From: an uncultured delta proteobacterium
Lineage (GTDB): Bacteria > Myxococcota > Myxococcia > Myxococcales > Anaeromyxobacteraceae
Assembly: GCA_963814585.1 (NCBI GenBank)
Contig: CAWFDF010000004.1
Location: 96,001 to 160,000, forward strand
Length of the DNA: 64,000 nucleotides
Direction: 5' to 3'
A program made the position numbers and the translations under genes. The notes beneath the pieces are model-generated. The model was not told the origin of the DNA. It saw nothing but the letters and a program-made list of their open reading frames with translations, and did not search any database. Of this stretch, positions 50,009 through 59,321 are shown piece by piece; within the stretch, counting starts at the first letter, position 1, and each line of letters starts with the position of its first letter.

Positions 50009-52210
50009 CTAGCGCGTGTCCCCGGGCGCCGCGACGGTCCCGCCTGACCGGACCATGGACTCCGCGATCTCGATGGGCCGTTCCGGTCCGTTCCCGACCC
50101 GGAGGCGCCCCGGCGCGGTCTGGATGGTCCGGGTGGCCAGGTCGGTGGGGAGCGGCACCCGCAGCTGCCAGCGCCCGTCGGGCCCGGCGTCGGCGAAGGC
50201 GCGCCACGTGTGCGGCCGCCCATGCTCGCGCAGCGGGATCTCCAGCACCACGCGCGAACCCCTGGGCGCCCGCCCGGTCAGCTCGGCCCCGGCCACCACC
50301 TCGTAGAGCCAGATCACCGGCAGCGGTGACCTCAGCCCCTGCACGGTCCGGGTGGCAGCCAGGATCGGCATGAGCCGGCCGAAGTGGCGGACGTCGAGCG
50401 CCGGGACCCCGGAGCCGCCGATGAGGAGCGGGGCCGAGGGCGCGCCACGCAGCCAGCGCGGATCGAACTCGCCGCCGGAGAACGGGATGGGGGCGTCGGC
50501 GCTGCGCACCCGGCCGAAGAGGTTGGCCGCCCCGGCCACCACCCACCCGACCCGCCGTCCCGCCAGCCACGGAAGCAGCGCCTCTTCACTGGCCCGGTAC
50601 GCTCCGACCGTCTCCCAGTAAGCGGCCGGGTCCGGGTACGGGCCGAAGCCGGTCACCACCACCGGCCGGCCGGCCAGCACCAGCACCTCGTTGGCCAGGT
50701 CCCACGGGGTCATCACGCCCGGGTTCAGGCCAACGGGCCGGCCCCGCAGCTCGCGCGCCACCTCCACCATGGCGTTGGGGATCGGGTCCCGCGCGGTGCC
50801 GAGCGCCGCTCGAGCCGAAGGGTCGAGCAGGGCCAGCGCCGCGACCAGGGGGGCCAGGGCGGCCAGCCGGCCCGCTCTCCCGAGCCGGCCGGCCATCCAG
50901 CCGAGTGACAGCCCCGCGACGACGGCGAGGATCGGGACGAAGACCCTCCCGAAGCGCCCCTGCAGGAGGGTCAGCCCGGCGAGCGCCGACGCCATCCAGA
51001 GGAATCCCGCGGCCCGCGCGGGCGAGGCCACGTGGATGGCCCACCAGCCCAGCGGCAGGGCCAGCGGAGCGGCGAGGCCGACGACCCCGAAGTAGCGGGT
51101 CACGCCGGCGACGGGTCCGCCCGGGAAGGCGAGCGGCGACTGGAACTCGTCGATGGTGCGCAACCATGGATCGGCCTTGAGGATCCATTCTCGCAGCCCG
51201 GCGACGGCCTGCACCATCCCCTGGGGGACCATCACCACACAGAGCGTCAGCAGCGCCGCCAGGCCGGCCCCCATGGCCGCCACGCGCCGCCGGCCGGGCG
51301 CCACGCGCGCGCCGACCGCGGCCACCGCGCAGATCGCCAGGCCAGCGGCCGCCAGCAGCAGCGGCTGGAGCCAGGACGGGAAGCCGAAGGCGAAGGTGCG
51401 ACCGTGGGCGGCCACGGCCGGCGCCGAGGCCGCCGACGCCAGCGCGGCGCCGAGCAGCAGCCCGGGGCCGCCGCTCCCCAGCATGGCCGGGTGCTCCCGC
51501 GCCAGCACGGCGCCCAGGAGCAGCGGGACCACCAGCGCCACGTAGAGCGGCGAGCCGGTGAAGACCAGCATGGCCCCACCGGCGATGGCGCCACCGGCCA
51601 GCTCGTGGAAGAGGCGCCAGCGGAGCGTCTGCTCGCTCCAGGGCGGGAGGGGGCCCAGCGCCCAGCGGGCCAGCAGGAGCATCGAGAGCGCCTCGGCGAC
51701 GTGGTGATCGATCAGGCCATAGCGGGAGCTCACCACGGTCTGTGGCAGGACCGCGGCGAGGATTCCCGCTGCCAGCGCGGCCGACCGCCTTCCCGGTCCC
51801 TCCGGGCCGAGCAGGAGCGCCAGCTCGACCACGGCCGCCACCACGGCCACGCCGAGCACCGGGCAGAGCGCCGCCACCCACAGATCGGCACTGGCCGCAC
51901 CCCCCGCGATTCGCCCCAGGACGATGAGGAGGGCGCCGAGCAGGTCGAAGCCGGCCGCCCACGGGATGGGAGCGCCAGCCGGCCAGGCGATGTGCGGATC
52001 GATCCAGGGCACGCCGGGGAACTGGTCGGCGATGAGCCGCATGCGGTGCAGGTGATAGAGCGAGTCTCCGTCCAGCGTCACCAGCTCGCCGTCGCTGAAG
52101 GCGGTCGGCGCGCCGACGAGCCGCAGCGCGAGGGCGACCACCAGCAGCGCCGCCACGGCCGCGGCGAAGGCCAGCCGCTCTCGCCGGCCGTCGGCTGCGC
52201 CAGCGGTCAC
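50009..52210 (-). CDS. STT3/AglB/PglB-like oligosaccharyltransferase (733 aa)
   Basis: GTG 52210 overlaps the kinase stop. About a dozen TM helices, with DGDSLYHLHR, WPAG..IPW, DHHVAE, TIDE and a WWDxG-like MTPWDLAN in the soluble C-terminal domain. Confidence 0.8.
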   Translation of the reverse strand: MTAGAADGRRERLAFAAAVAALLVVALALRLVGAPTAFSDGELVTLDGDSLYHLHRMRLIADQFPGVPWIDPHIAWPAGAPIPWAAGFDLLGALLIVLGRIAGGAASADLWVAALCPVLGVAVVAAVVELALLLGPEGPGRRSAALAAGILAAVLPQTVVSSRYGLIDHHVAEALSMLLLARWALGPLPPWSEQTLRWRLFHELAGGAIAGGAMLVFTGSPLYVALVVPLLLGAVLAREHPAMLGSGGPGLLLGAALASAASAPAVAAHGRTFAFGFPSWLQPLLLAAAGLAICAVAAVGARVAPGRRRVAAMGAGLAALLTLCVVMVPQGMVQAVAGLREWILKADPWLRTIDEFQSPLAFPGGPVAGVTRYFGVVGLAAPLALPLGWWAIHVASPARAAGFLWMASALAGLTLLQGRFGRVFVPILAVVAGLSLGWMAGRLGRAGRLAALAPLVAALALLDPSARAALGTARDPIPNAMVEVARELRGRPVGLNPGVMTPWDLANEVLVLAGRPVVVTGFGPYPDPAAYWETVGAYRASEEALLPWLAGRRVGWVVAGAANLFGRVRSADAPIPFSGGEFDPRWLRGAPSAPLLIGGSGVPALDVRHFGRLMPILAATRTVQGLRSPLPVIWLYEVVAGAELTGRAPRGSRVVLEIPLREHGRPHTWRAFADAGPDGRWQLRVPLPTDLATRTIQTAPGRLRVGNGPERPIEIAESMVRSGGTVAAPGDTR

Positions 52211-53319
52211 GGCACCTCCGCCCGGAGCCGGAGCGTGAAGCGGGCCCCGCCGCCGGGCGCCTCGCCGACCTCGATGGCACCGCCGAACGACTCCAGGATG
52301 CCGTGGCACACGGCCAGCCCCAGGCCGGTCCCCTGCCCCGGCTCCTTGGTGGTGAAGAACGGATCGAAGACCCGCGGGCGCGCCTCCGGGGCGATCCCCG
52401 GTCCGGTGTCGTCCACGTCGACGATCACCTGGCCGGCCTCGAGCCGGCCGGCCACCCGCACCCGCCCCGCGCCCGCCATGGCGTCGCCGGCATTGAGGAG
52501 CAGGTTGAGGAAGAGCTGCTCCATGCGCCGCCCCTCGGCGCGAACCGGGGGCAGGCCGGACGGCAGGTCCACCTCGAGCGTGACGTCGCGGAACCGAGCC
52601 TGCACCCGGGCCAGCCGCGCCGCCGCGTCGAGCGCCCCGGCGACCGACACCGGACCGAGCGCCGGCGAGGGAGGGCGCGCGAAGTCGAGCAGGTCCCGGA
52701 CGATGGCGTCGATACGCCCGGCCTCGACGCCGATCCGCCGGAGGAAGTCCTCGACCGCCGCCGGGTCGGTGCCCCCGTCGGCCAGCCTGGCGCGGGCCAG
52801 CTCGGCGTACCCGCCGATGGCACCGAGGGGATTGCCCACCTCGTGGGCGATCCCGGCGGCGAGCCGCCCCACCGAGGCGAGCCGCTCGGATCGGAGCAGC
52901 CCCTCGCGCGCCTCGGCCAGCCGCCGGTTGGTCGCCTCCAGCTCCTGCACCTTGGCAGCCAGCCGCGCCCGCTCCTCCGAGAGCGCGGCGGCGGTCCGCT
53001 CGAAGGCCACCGCCACGCGCGCCAGGCCAGGGCCCGCGTCCTCGCCAGGCGGGCCGAGCGGGGGCAGGCCGCCCTCGGCGCCGAGGCGCGTCGCCGCCTC
53101 CACCAGCCGATCGAGCGGCCGCGCCACGCTCCGCAGCAGGAAGAGCGCGCCGACCACGAGCACCTCCACCGCCGCGGCCAGCACCAGGAGCACGAACTGA
53201 CGCGGTCCGAGCGACCGGGAGGCCAGCAGCGGGACGCCCACCGCCAGCAGGCCCGCCGCCACCACGGCCGCCACCGCGGCCAGCTGGAGGAAGAGGTGGA
53301 GCCGCAGCCGCGCCTTCAT
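52207..53319 (-). CDS. Sensor histidine kinase (PilS2-like)
   Basis: Two close TM helices, HAMP, AHEVGNPL H-box, NLLLNA, DTGPGI, FDPFFTTK and GTGLGL motifs. Confidence 0.92.
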   Translation of the reverse strand: MKARLRLHLFLQLAAVAAVVAAGLLAVGVPLLASRSLGPRQFVLLVLAAAVEVLVVGALFLLRSVARPLDRLVEAATRLGAEGGLPPLGPPGEDAGPGLARVAVAFERTAAALSEERARLAAKVQELEATNRRLAEAREGLLRSERLASVGRLAAGIAHEVGNPLGAIGGYAELARARLADGGTDPAAVEDFLRRIGVEAGRIDAIVRDLLDFARPPSPALGPVSVAGALDAAARLARVQARFRDVTLEVDLPSGLPPVRAEGRRMEQLFLNLLLNAGDAMAGAGRVRVAGRLEAGQVIVDVDDTGPGIAPEARPRVFDPFFTTKEPGQGTGLGLAVCHGILESFGGAIEVGEAPGGGARFTLRLRAEVP

Positions 53320-53325
53320 GCCTCG

Positions 53326-54240
53326 TCACCGGCCCACGAACGGGTCGAGGAGCGGGATGGCGTCGGCCAGCCAGGGGCCGAGGAGCAGCCACTCCAGCGC
53401 CGCCAGCGCCAGGAAGGGGCCGAAGGGGACGGCGTTCCGCGGCGGGATCCAGTCGTCCTCCTCGAGGGGGGCGGTGGCCACGGTGGTGCCGGCGCCATCG
53501 GCCGGCTCCGGACGGGACACGCCCTCCACGGCGGGCGGGCCGGGCTGCCCCTTGCCGAGCAGCAGGAGCGCGATCCCGACCAGGCTCCCCTGCAGCGAGG
53601 AGAGCAGGATGACCGGCAGCAGCGCACCGACGCCGAGCCAGCCCCCGATCCCCCCGAGCAGCACCACGTCGCCGAAGCCCATGGCCTCGCGCCGGAAGAC
53701 CCTGGCGCCGACCAGGTGGACCACCAGGAAGGCGAGGAAGCCCGCCGCGCCACCGAGGAGCGCGCCGCCGATGGAGCCGGACGGTGCGAGGTGGAGCCCC
53801 CCGGCGGCAAGGCCGAGCGCGGCGAACGGAAGGCTGAGCGAGAACGGCAGGAGCCAGGTGTCGAGGTCGATGAAGGCCAGCGCGACCAGGAAGCCAGCGA
53901 AGGCCAGCTCGGCGGCGGCCGCCGCCGAGAGGCCGTGGCGCTGCACGGCCAGGCCACCGAGGAGGGCGACCAGGAGCTCCACCAGCGGGTAGCGGGCGCT
54001 GATGTGGGCGCGGCAGCGGCGGCAGCGGGCGCGCAGGAGCAGCCAGGAGAGGACCGGGAGGTTGTCGTACCAGGCGATAGCGGCGCCGCACCCCGGGCAG
54101 CGAGACCTCGGATGGACCACCGACTCGCCCTTCGGCAACCGGGCGATGACGACGTTGAGGAAGCTGCCGACGGCGGATCCGACCAGGGCGCCCCAGGCGA
54201 CGGAGAGGGGACGGAGGATGTCGGCGGCGGCTGGATCCAC
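53326..54240 (-). CDS. pilD: Prepilin peptidase
   Basis: GSFLNVVI, PRSRCPGC, RCRRC, FIDLD, MGFGD and VPFGPFL motifs. Confidence 0.96.
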   Translation of the reverse strand: MDPAAADILRPLSVAWGALVGSAVGSFLNVVIARLPKGESVVHPRSRCPGCGAAIAWYDNLPVLSWLLLRARCRRCRAHISARYPLVELLVALLGGLAVQRHGLSAAAAAELAFAGFLVALAFIDLDTWLLPFSLSLPFAALGLAAGGLHLAPSGSIGGALLGGAAGFLAFLVVHLVGARVFRREAMGFGDVVLLGGIGGWLGVGALLPVILLSSLQGSLVGIALLLLGKGQPGPPAVEGVSRPEPADGAGTTVATAPLEEDDWIPPRNAVPFGPFLALAALEWLLLGPWLADAIPLLDPFVGR

Positions 54241-54332
54241 GTGGTCTCGGCTCCGGCAGGCTCACTGGCGGGAAGGGGATGATCGGCCGCGTTCGACGCG
54301 CTGTCAAAGTCGCAGGAGCCGGGTGGCTCACC

Positions 54333-54389
54333 CCGGTGTCACTCGTCGAGGTGACGGATTTCGTCACTTCCTCCACCCCGAGTGACCGG
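54333..54389. promoter_or_regulatory. Nested inverted repeats, candidate enhancer-binding site for pilA
   Basis: GTGACG-GATTT-CGTCAC (54351-54367) inside GTCACTCG...CGAGTGAC, about 90 bp upstream of the sigma54 site. Confidence 0.45.
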
Positions 54390-54452
54390 AATGGTCCAGG
54401 TGGGACGAACCTCCACACCTTGGATTTGCTGGTGGTTCCGGAAACTGGCTGT

Positions 54453-54468
54453 TGGCATCCCTTGTGCT
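54453..54468 (+). promoter_or_regulatory. sigma54 (-24/-12) promoter of pilA
   Basis: TGGCATCCCTTGTGCT (GG-N10-GC); pilA is sigma54-dependent in M. xanthus and Pseudomonas. Confidence 0.75.
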
Positions 54469-54564
54469 AACAGTGACACCGAACCAGGCCGGGCTGCACG
54501 ACATACGTCGCCTGGCACACCGCCGGCCACCTTGATGGTGGCCCGGCCTGACAGGAGAAATCAC

Positions 54565-55200
54565 ATGAAGAAGCTGACCCGTGGCTTCACCCTCATCGAG
54601 CTCATGATCGTCGTGGCCATCATCGGCATCCTGGCCGCCATCGCCATCCCCAACTTCGTCAAGTACCAGCTCCGCTCCAAGTTCTCGGAGGCCTCCTCCA
54701 ACATCGAGGGGCTCCGCAAGGCCGAGGAGGCGCTGCGCCAGGGCGAGCGCAAGGTGATCATCGCCTCCACCGGCGCCGTCGATGCGGTCTACGTGTCCGG
54801 CTCGTACCACAACCTGGGCAACACGCGCCTGCCGGTCCTTGGTACCCACGGCACGCAGAAGTTGGCCTGGGCCGTCACCGACCTCCAGCTCGCCAACGCC
54901 GTCGACTGGCAGATCGAGGGCAACACCTACTTCACCTACCAGGTGAGCACTGGCAACTGCAATGTCTCGACGGCCGGCATGACCAACTCCGGCATCTGCT
55001 ACTTCATCGGCGCGGCCTCCGACATCGACGGCGACGCCATCGTCGCCGAGGTGGGCCTGGTCAAGCAGTCGGGGGCTGCCGTTCCCGTCCAGCCTGCCAA
55101 TCCGACCAACGTCGCCACCGCCTGGCCGGGCACGCTGGGCAGCTGCGTGGGCCCGGTGTTCGGCACCCCCTGCACCCTGACCAGCCCGGACGTCTTCTAG
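54565..55200 (+). CDS. pilA: Major type IVa pilin
   Basis: [39 protein letters not shown]; 4 Cys and a DIDGD motif; followed by a strong hairpin and pilG. Confidence 0.92.
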   Translation: MKKLTRGFTLIELMIVVAIIGILAAIAIPNFVKYQLRSKFSEASSNIEGLRKAEEALRQGERKVIIASTGAVDAVYVSGSYHNLGNTRLPVLGTHGTQKLAWAVTDLQLANAVDWQIEGNTYFTYQVSTGNCNVSTAGMTNSGICYFIGAASDIDGDAIVAEVGLVKQSGAAVPVQPANPTNVATAWPGTLGSCVGPVFGTPCTLTSPDVF

Positions 55201-55219
55201 CCCGAGTCGCGAGTCGTAC

Positions 55220-55253
55220 CGAGGGGCGCCGTGCTGACGCACGGCGCCCCTCG
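55220..55253 (+). terminator. Perfect 15-bp hairpin after pilA (terminator/attenuator or mRNA stabiliser)
   Basis: CGAGGGGCGCCGTGC-TGAC-GCACGGCGCCCCTCG; no clear U tract, so read-through into pilG is plausible. Confidence 0.7.
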
Positions 55254-55316
55254 CCTGTTCACCAGCCGGCTCTATCCTGGCCTTTTCGGAGACCGGCGCT
55301 ATCCTGCCCGAGCCGA

Positions 55317-56186
55317 ATGGACCGCCCCCGCGCCACCCTCGCCGCCCTCCTCGCCGCGGCCCTCGGCGTCGCCGCCGTGGCGCGGGCCACGCTGGAGCCC
55401 GAGGCCTTGGCCCGCGGCGCCGTCCGGGATCCGGCCTGGCTGCCGAGCGGGACCGTGCTGCGGACCGCCTCCTTCGGCCAGCGGCTCCTGCTGGCCGACT
55501 TCTACTGGCTCCGCGCCGTCAGCTACATGGGCGAGACGCTGCTGGCCAAGAGCGACCGCTGGGACGCGCTCCTCCCGCTCGCCGAGATCGTCACCGATCT
55601 CGATCCGCGCTACGGGTATGCCTACCAGGTGATCGGCTCCAACCTGGCCGGCCTGGCCCACCGCCACGCCGAGGCCGACCGGATCCTCGAGAAGGGGATG
55701 CGGGCGCTGCCGGAGCGCTGGTCGCTCCCCTTCGTCCAGGCCACCAACAAGTTCATCTTCGAGCAGGACTACGCCGAGGCGGCGCGCCTGGCCCGCCGCG
55801 CCGCGGAGCTCAGCAGGAAGCCGCACCTGGCGCTGCTGGCCGCCAACCTCTCGGCCCTGGCCAACACCGACGACGAGTACGAGGCGGCGGCCACCTTCCT
55901 GGTCCAGATGCTGGGCCAGGCCGAGCTGCCCGAGATGCGCGAGGAGCTGGAGACGCGCCTCACCCGAATCCGCACCTTCCAGGCGCTGGCCGCGCTGGAG
56001 AAGGCCGTGGCCGCCTACCGGGCGCGGACCGGCCGGCTGCCGGCGCGGCTGGGCGACCTGGTCCCCGCCGAGCTGGCCGCCCTGCCCGCCGACCCCTCGG
56101 GCGGGCGGTTCGACTACGATGCCGCCAGCGGCGAGGTGCGCAGCTCGAAGCTCGGCCCCCGCGCGCCGCTGCGCGTGACCCGCTAG
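55317..56186 (+). CDS. pilG: Myxobacterial PilG-like pilus accessory protein (TPR-like)
   Basis: ADFYWLRAVSY, VTDLDPRY..AY and LPADPSGG motifs; directly after pilA and before the ABC genes. Confidence 0.65.
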   Translation: MDRPRATLAALLAAALGVAAVARATLEPEALARGAVRDPAWLPSGTVLRTASFGQRLLLADFYWLRAVSYMGETLLAKSDRWDALLPLAEIVTDLDPRYGYAYQVIGSNLAGLAHRHAEADRILEKGMRALPERWSLPFVQATNKFIFEQDYAEAARLARRAAELSRKPHLALLAANLSALANTDDEYEAAATFLVQMLGQAELPEMREELETRLTRIRTFQALAALEKAVAAYRARTGRLPARLGDLVPAELAALPADPSGGRFDYDAASGEVRSSKLGPRAPLRVTR

Positions 56187-56197
56187 GAGATCGCCCC

Positions 56198-56974
56198 GTG
56201 CGCACCACCCTGACCATCGCCGTCACCACCCTGCGCGAGGCGCTGCGCGACCGGCTCCTCTACAACCTGGTGGTCTTCGCCGTCCTGCTGGTGATCGGCT
56301 CGCTCACCATCTCGCAGCTCACGCTGGGGGAGCAGTTCCGCATCATCGCCAACATCGGCACCTCGGCCACGCAGGTCTTCGGCACGCTCATCGCCGTCTT
56401 CCTCGGGGTCGGGCTGGTGAGCAAGGAGATCGACCGGCGCACCTGCTACCCGGCCCTGGCGCGCCCGGTCTCGCGGGCCGGCTTCGTGGCCGGCAAGTAC
56501 CTCGGCCTGCTGGCCACCCTGCTGCTCAACGTCGCCCTGATGGCGGCGGCCACCGCGGCGGTGCTCACCTGGTACCGGGGCGGCGCCGCCTTCCTCGACT
56601 TCGCCTTCGTCGCTTCCTTCGCCCTGACGCTGGTGCAGCTGGCCGTCTGCGCGGCGCTGGCCGTCCTCTTCTCCACCTTCACCACCCCCACGCTGGCCAG
56701 CATCTGCAGCCTCTCGGTCGTCGGCGCCGGCTGGCTCTTCGGCGAGGTCCGCTCCTTCTGGCTGCTGGCCCGGCAGACCGAGATGAAGGAGCTGGTCCGG
56801 GTGCTCGACGTGCTGCTGCCCAACATGAGCCTGCTCGACGTCAAGGAGGCGGTCACCTACGGTGACCCCCTCACCGTCGGCTCGGCCCTGGCCCGCGGCG
56901 CCTACGGCGCCGGCTACGCCGCGGTGCTCCTCCTGCTCGCCTCCGTCGTCTTCACGCGCCGGGACATCCGCTGA
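56198..56974 (+). CDS. pilI: ABC transporter permease, PilI-like
   Basis: REALRDR, EIDRRT...RPVSR..FVAGKYLG, multiple TM helices, ends FTRRDIR. Confidence 0.75.
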   Translation: MRTTLTIAVTTLREALRDRLLYNLVVFAVLLVIGSLTISQLTLGEQFRIIANIGTSATQVFGTLIAVFLGVGLVSKEIDRRTCYPALARPVSRAGFVAGKYLGLLATLLLNVALMAAATAAVLTWYRGGAAFLDFAFVASFALTLVQLAVCAALAVLFSTFTTPTLASICSLSVVGAGWLFGEVRSFWLLARQTEMKELVRVLDVLLPNMSLLDVKEAVTYGDPLTVGSALARGAYGAGYAAVLLLLASVVFTRRDIR

Positions 56975-56976
56975 TC

Positions 56977-57936
56977 ATGGCCGACCTCGCCATCTCCTGC
57001 TCCTCGCTCTCCAAGACCTACCGGCTCGGCTTCCGCGCCCGGAAGGTGGAGGCGCTGGCCGCGCTCGACCTGGCGGTCGAGCCGGGCTCCATCTACGGCT
57101 TCATCGGCCCCAACGGGGCCGGCAAGTCCACCACCATCAAGATCCTGGTCGGGCTGGTCCGGCAGAGCGCCGGCACCGCCGCCCTCTTCGGCCGGAGCAT
57201 CGCGGAGCCGCGGGCGCGCCTCGCCATCGGCTACCTCCCGGAGAACCCGAGCTTCCACGACTTCATGCGGCCGCTCGAGGTGATGCGCTACCTCGGCCGG
57301 CTCTCCGGCCTGGGCGGCGCCGACCTGGATCGGCGCTCCGAGGCGCTGCTCGAGCGGGTCGGCCTGGGCCACGCCAGGGACCTCACGGTCCGCAAGTTCT
57401 CCAAGGGGATGGTGCAGCGGCTGGGCCTGGCCCAGGCGCTCGTCCACGATCCGCCGCTCCTCATCCTCGACGAGCCCATGAGCGGCCTCGATCCCATCGG
57501 CCGCAAGGAGGTCCGGGATCTCATCCTCGAGCTCCGTGGCCAGGGGAAGACCGTCTTCTTCTCCACCCACATCCTCCCCGACGTCGAGTCGATCTGCGAT
57601 CGGGTGGGCATGGTCTTCAAGGGCCGGCTCGTGAAGGAGGGGGCGATGCAGGGCCTCCTCGACGGCACGGTCCGAGCGGTGGAGATCCGCTGCGCCGGCC
57701 TCCGCCCGGCCCAGCTCGAGGCGCTGGCCGCGGTGACCGGCCCTGCCACCGCCGTCCCGGAAGGCCACGCCTTCACCTGCGCCTCCGTCGAGGCGGCCAG
57801 CCTGGCCGCCGCCCGCCTGCTGGAAGCCGGGGGGCAGCTGCTCTCCTTCCAGCCGCACCGCGAGTCACTGGAGGAGACCTTCGTGCGGCTGGCCGCGGCG
57901 ACCGGCAGCGGCTCGGAGCGCGCCCTGGATCGCTGA
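56977..57936 (+). CDS. pilH: ABC transporter ATPase, PilH-like
   Basis: [17 protein letters not shown] and [13 protein letters not shown] motifs. Confidence 0.8.
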   Translation: MADLAISCSSLSKTYRLGFRARKVEALAALDLAVEPGSIYGFIGPNGAGKSTTIKILVGLVRQSAGTAALFGRSIAEPRARLAIGYLPENPSFHDFMRPLEVMRYLGRLSGLGGADLDRRSEALLERVGLGHARDLTVRKFSKGMVQRLGLAQALVHDPPLLILDEPMSGLDPIGRKEVRDLILELRGQGKTVFFSTHILPDVESICDRVGMVFKGRLVKEGAMQGLLDGTVRAVEIRCAGLRPAQLEALAAVTGPATAVPEGHAFTCASVEAASLAAARLLEAGGQLLSFQPHRESLEETFVRLAAATGSGSERALDR

Positions 57937-58098
57937 GCCCGGCGCCGTCCGCGCGCCGGCTCCTGCACGAAGTTGCCGGAATGGGTACTTCCTGCATGTG
58001 GGCCGGGGCCGACCTCCACCTACCGTGCTGCAATGACTGGTGATTTCGATGGCGCTCGCAAGCCCGTCCCTTGCATCTCGAAGGGCGTGGAGGCCTCC

Positions 58099-58776
58099 GT
58101 GAACCGTTCCACCGCCCGCCGCGGCTTCACCCTCGTCGAGATGATGGTCGTGGTGGCCGTCATCGGCATCGCCGCCGCCATGACGGTCTTCGCCTTTGGC
58201 CGCCAGAAGCCACGCCGCCAGCTGGACGGCGTGGCCCTGGAGCTGCGCGCCCAGCTGGGGGGCGCCCGGCAGGCCGCGCTGGCCACCGGCACGCCGGTCG
58301 CGGCGGTGGTCTTCCCGGATTTCGTCAGCCGCACGGGGACCGGGCGCATCGTCTTCTACCGCGACGGCGACTTCTCCCTCTTCTCCAGCGCCGCGGCCGT
58401 CAACCTGGACAACCTCGACGCCGCCGCGCCCGTCGCCGATGGCCGCAGCGAGATCCTGGAGACGCTGGACCTGGACAACGGCGTGGTGGTGGGCCCGCCG
58501 ACCGGCCAGGGGTCGTCGGCGATCCTGCCGGCCCCGTTCGCCGGAATCGCCATCAACGTGGCCTGCCCCTTCTGCACGGGGACCGACCGGCGCGGCGCCA
58601 TCGTCTTCCACCCCAACGGCACCGTGACCTTCCAGGATCGAGCCGGTCCCCCGCTGGCCATGCCACAGGGCGCCAGCCTGTCGGTGACCCGGGCCGAGAG
58701 CGACGAGGTCCGGACCATCACCGTCACCGCCAGCACCGGGCTGATGCAGACGCTCAAGTGGAACCCGACGCCGTAG
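58099..58776 (+). CDS. fimU: Minor pilin, FimU/FimT-like
   Basis: GGAGG RBS and GTG 58099; RRG|FTLVEMMVVV; ARQAAL; IVFHPNG. Confidence 0.72.
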   Translation: MNRSTARRGFTLVEMMVVVAVIGIAAAMTVFAFGRQKPRRQLDGVALELRAQLGGARQAALATGTPVAAVVFPDFVSRTGTGRIVFYRDGDFSLFSSAAAVNLDNLDAAAPVADGRSEILETLDLDNGVVVGPPTGQGSSAILPAPFAGIAINVACPFCTGTDRRGAIVFHPNGTVTFQDRAGPPLAMPQGASLSVTRAESDEVRTITVTASTGLMQTLKWNPTP

Positions 58777-58793
58777 GCACCGCAGGAGAGACC

Positions 58794-59321
58794 ATGGGCA
58801 CCAGGACGGCACAGCGCGGCACCACCCTGCTCGAGGCCATGATCGCCATGGGGGTGCTGATGATCGGCGCCTCCGGGCTGGTCGGGCTGCAGCGCCAGAG
58901 CAACTTCCTCATGGGCGACTCCCGCCGCACCACGCGCGCCTCGATGTTCGCCCAGGACCTCGTCAACCAGATCGAGCTCTGGGACTACGACGACCCGCGC
59001 CTCGCCAACACCAGCGCCACCAACGACGCCAGCGTCGGGGACGCCGACGAGGCCATGGCCTTCACCGCCGATCCGGTGGCGTCCGGCCTGGCCGACCACG
59101 GGGAGACCGACCTGGCCGCCAACTGGGCCGGGCTGCCCAAGGAGCTGCTCGAGGCCAACCAGATGGAGCGGTTCTGGAACGTGGCCGACGGCGCCGACGC
59201 CAACGGCAACGGGGTCCCGGACGCCAAGCGGATCGCCGTCGTCATCCGCTGGCCTGCCGGCGGCACCTGGCGCCGGACGGTCTTCATGGTCACCAAGATC
59301 AACACGGCGGACATGCTGTGA
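58794..59321 (+). CDS. pilV: Minor pilin, PilV-like
   Basis: AGGAG RBS; QRG|TTLLEAMIAM; RIAVVIRW. Confidence 0.7.
   Translation: MGTRTAQRGTTLLEAMIAMGVLMIGASGLVGLQRQSNFLMGDSRRTTRASMFAQDLVNQIELWDYDDPRLANTSATNDASVGDADEAMAFTADPVASGLADHGETDLAANWAGLPKELLEANQMERFWNVADGADANGNGVPDAKRIAVVIRWPAGGTWRRTVFMVTKINTADML

Noticed and set aside
50009..54418. 1469-aa ORF as a single giant protein
   Set aside because: The 5' half is an alternate frame of pilD and the kinase; only 50009-52210 looks like real protein
54565..55200. PilA as a Geobacter-type conductive e-pilin
   Set aside because: F1, F24 and Y27 are present, but it is a full-length pilin with about 8% F/W/Y by hand count and long aromatic-free gaps
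58060..58075. sigma54 promoter upstream of fimU
   Set aside because: TTGCA is present but the -24 position reads AG instead of the invariant GG
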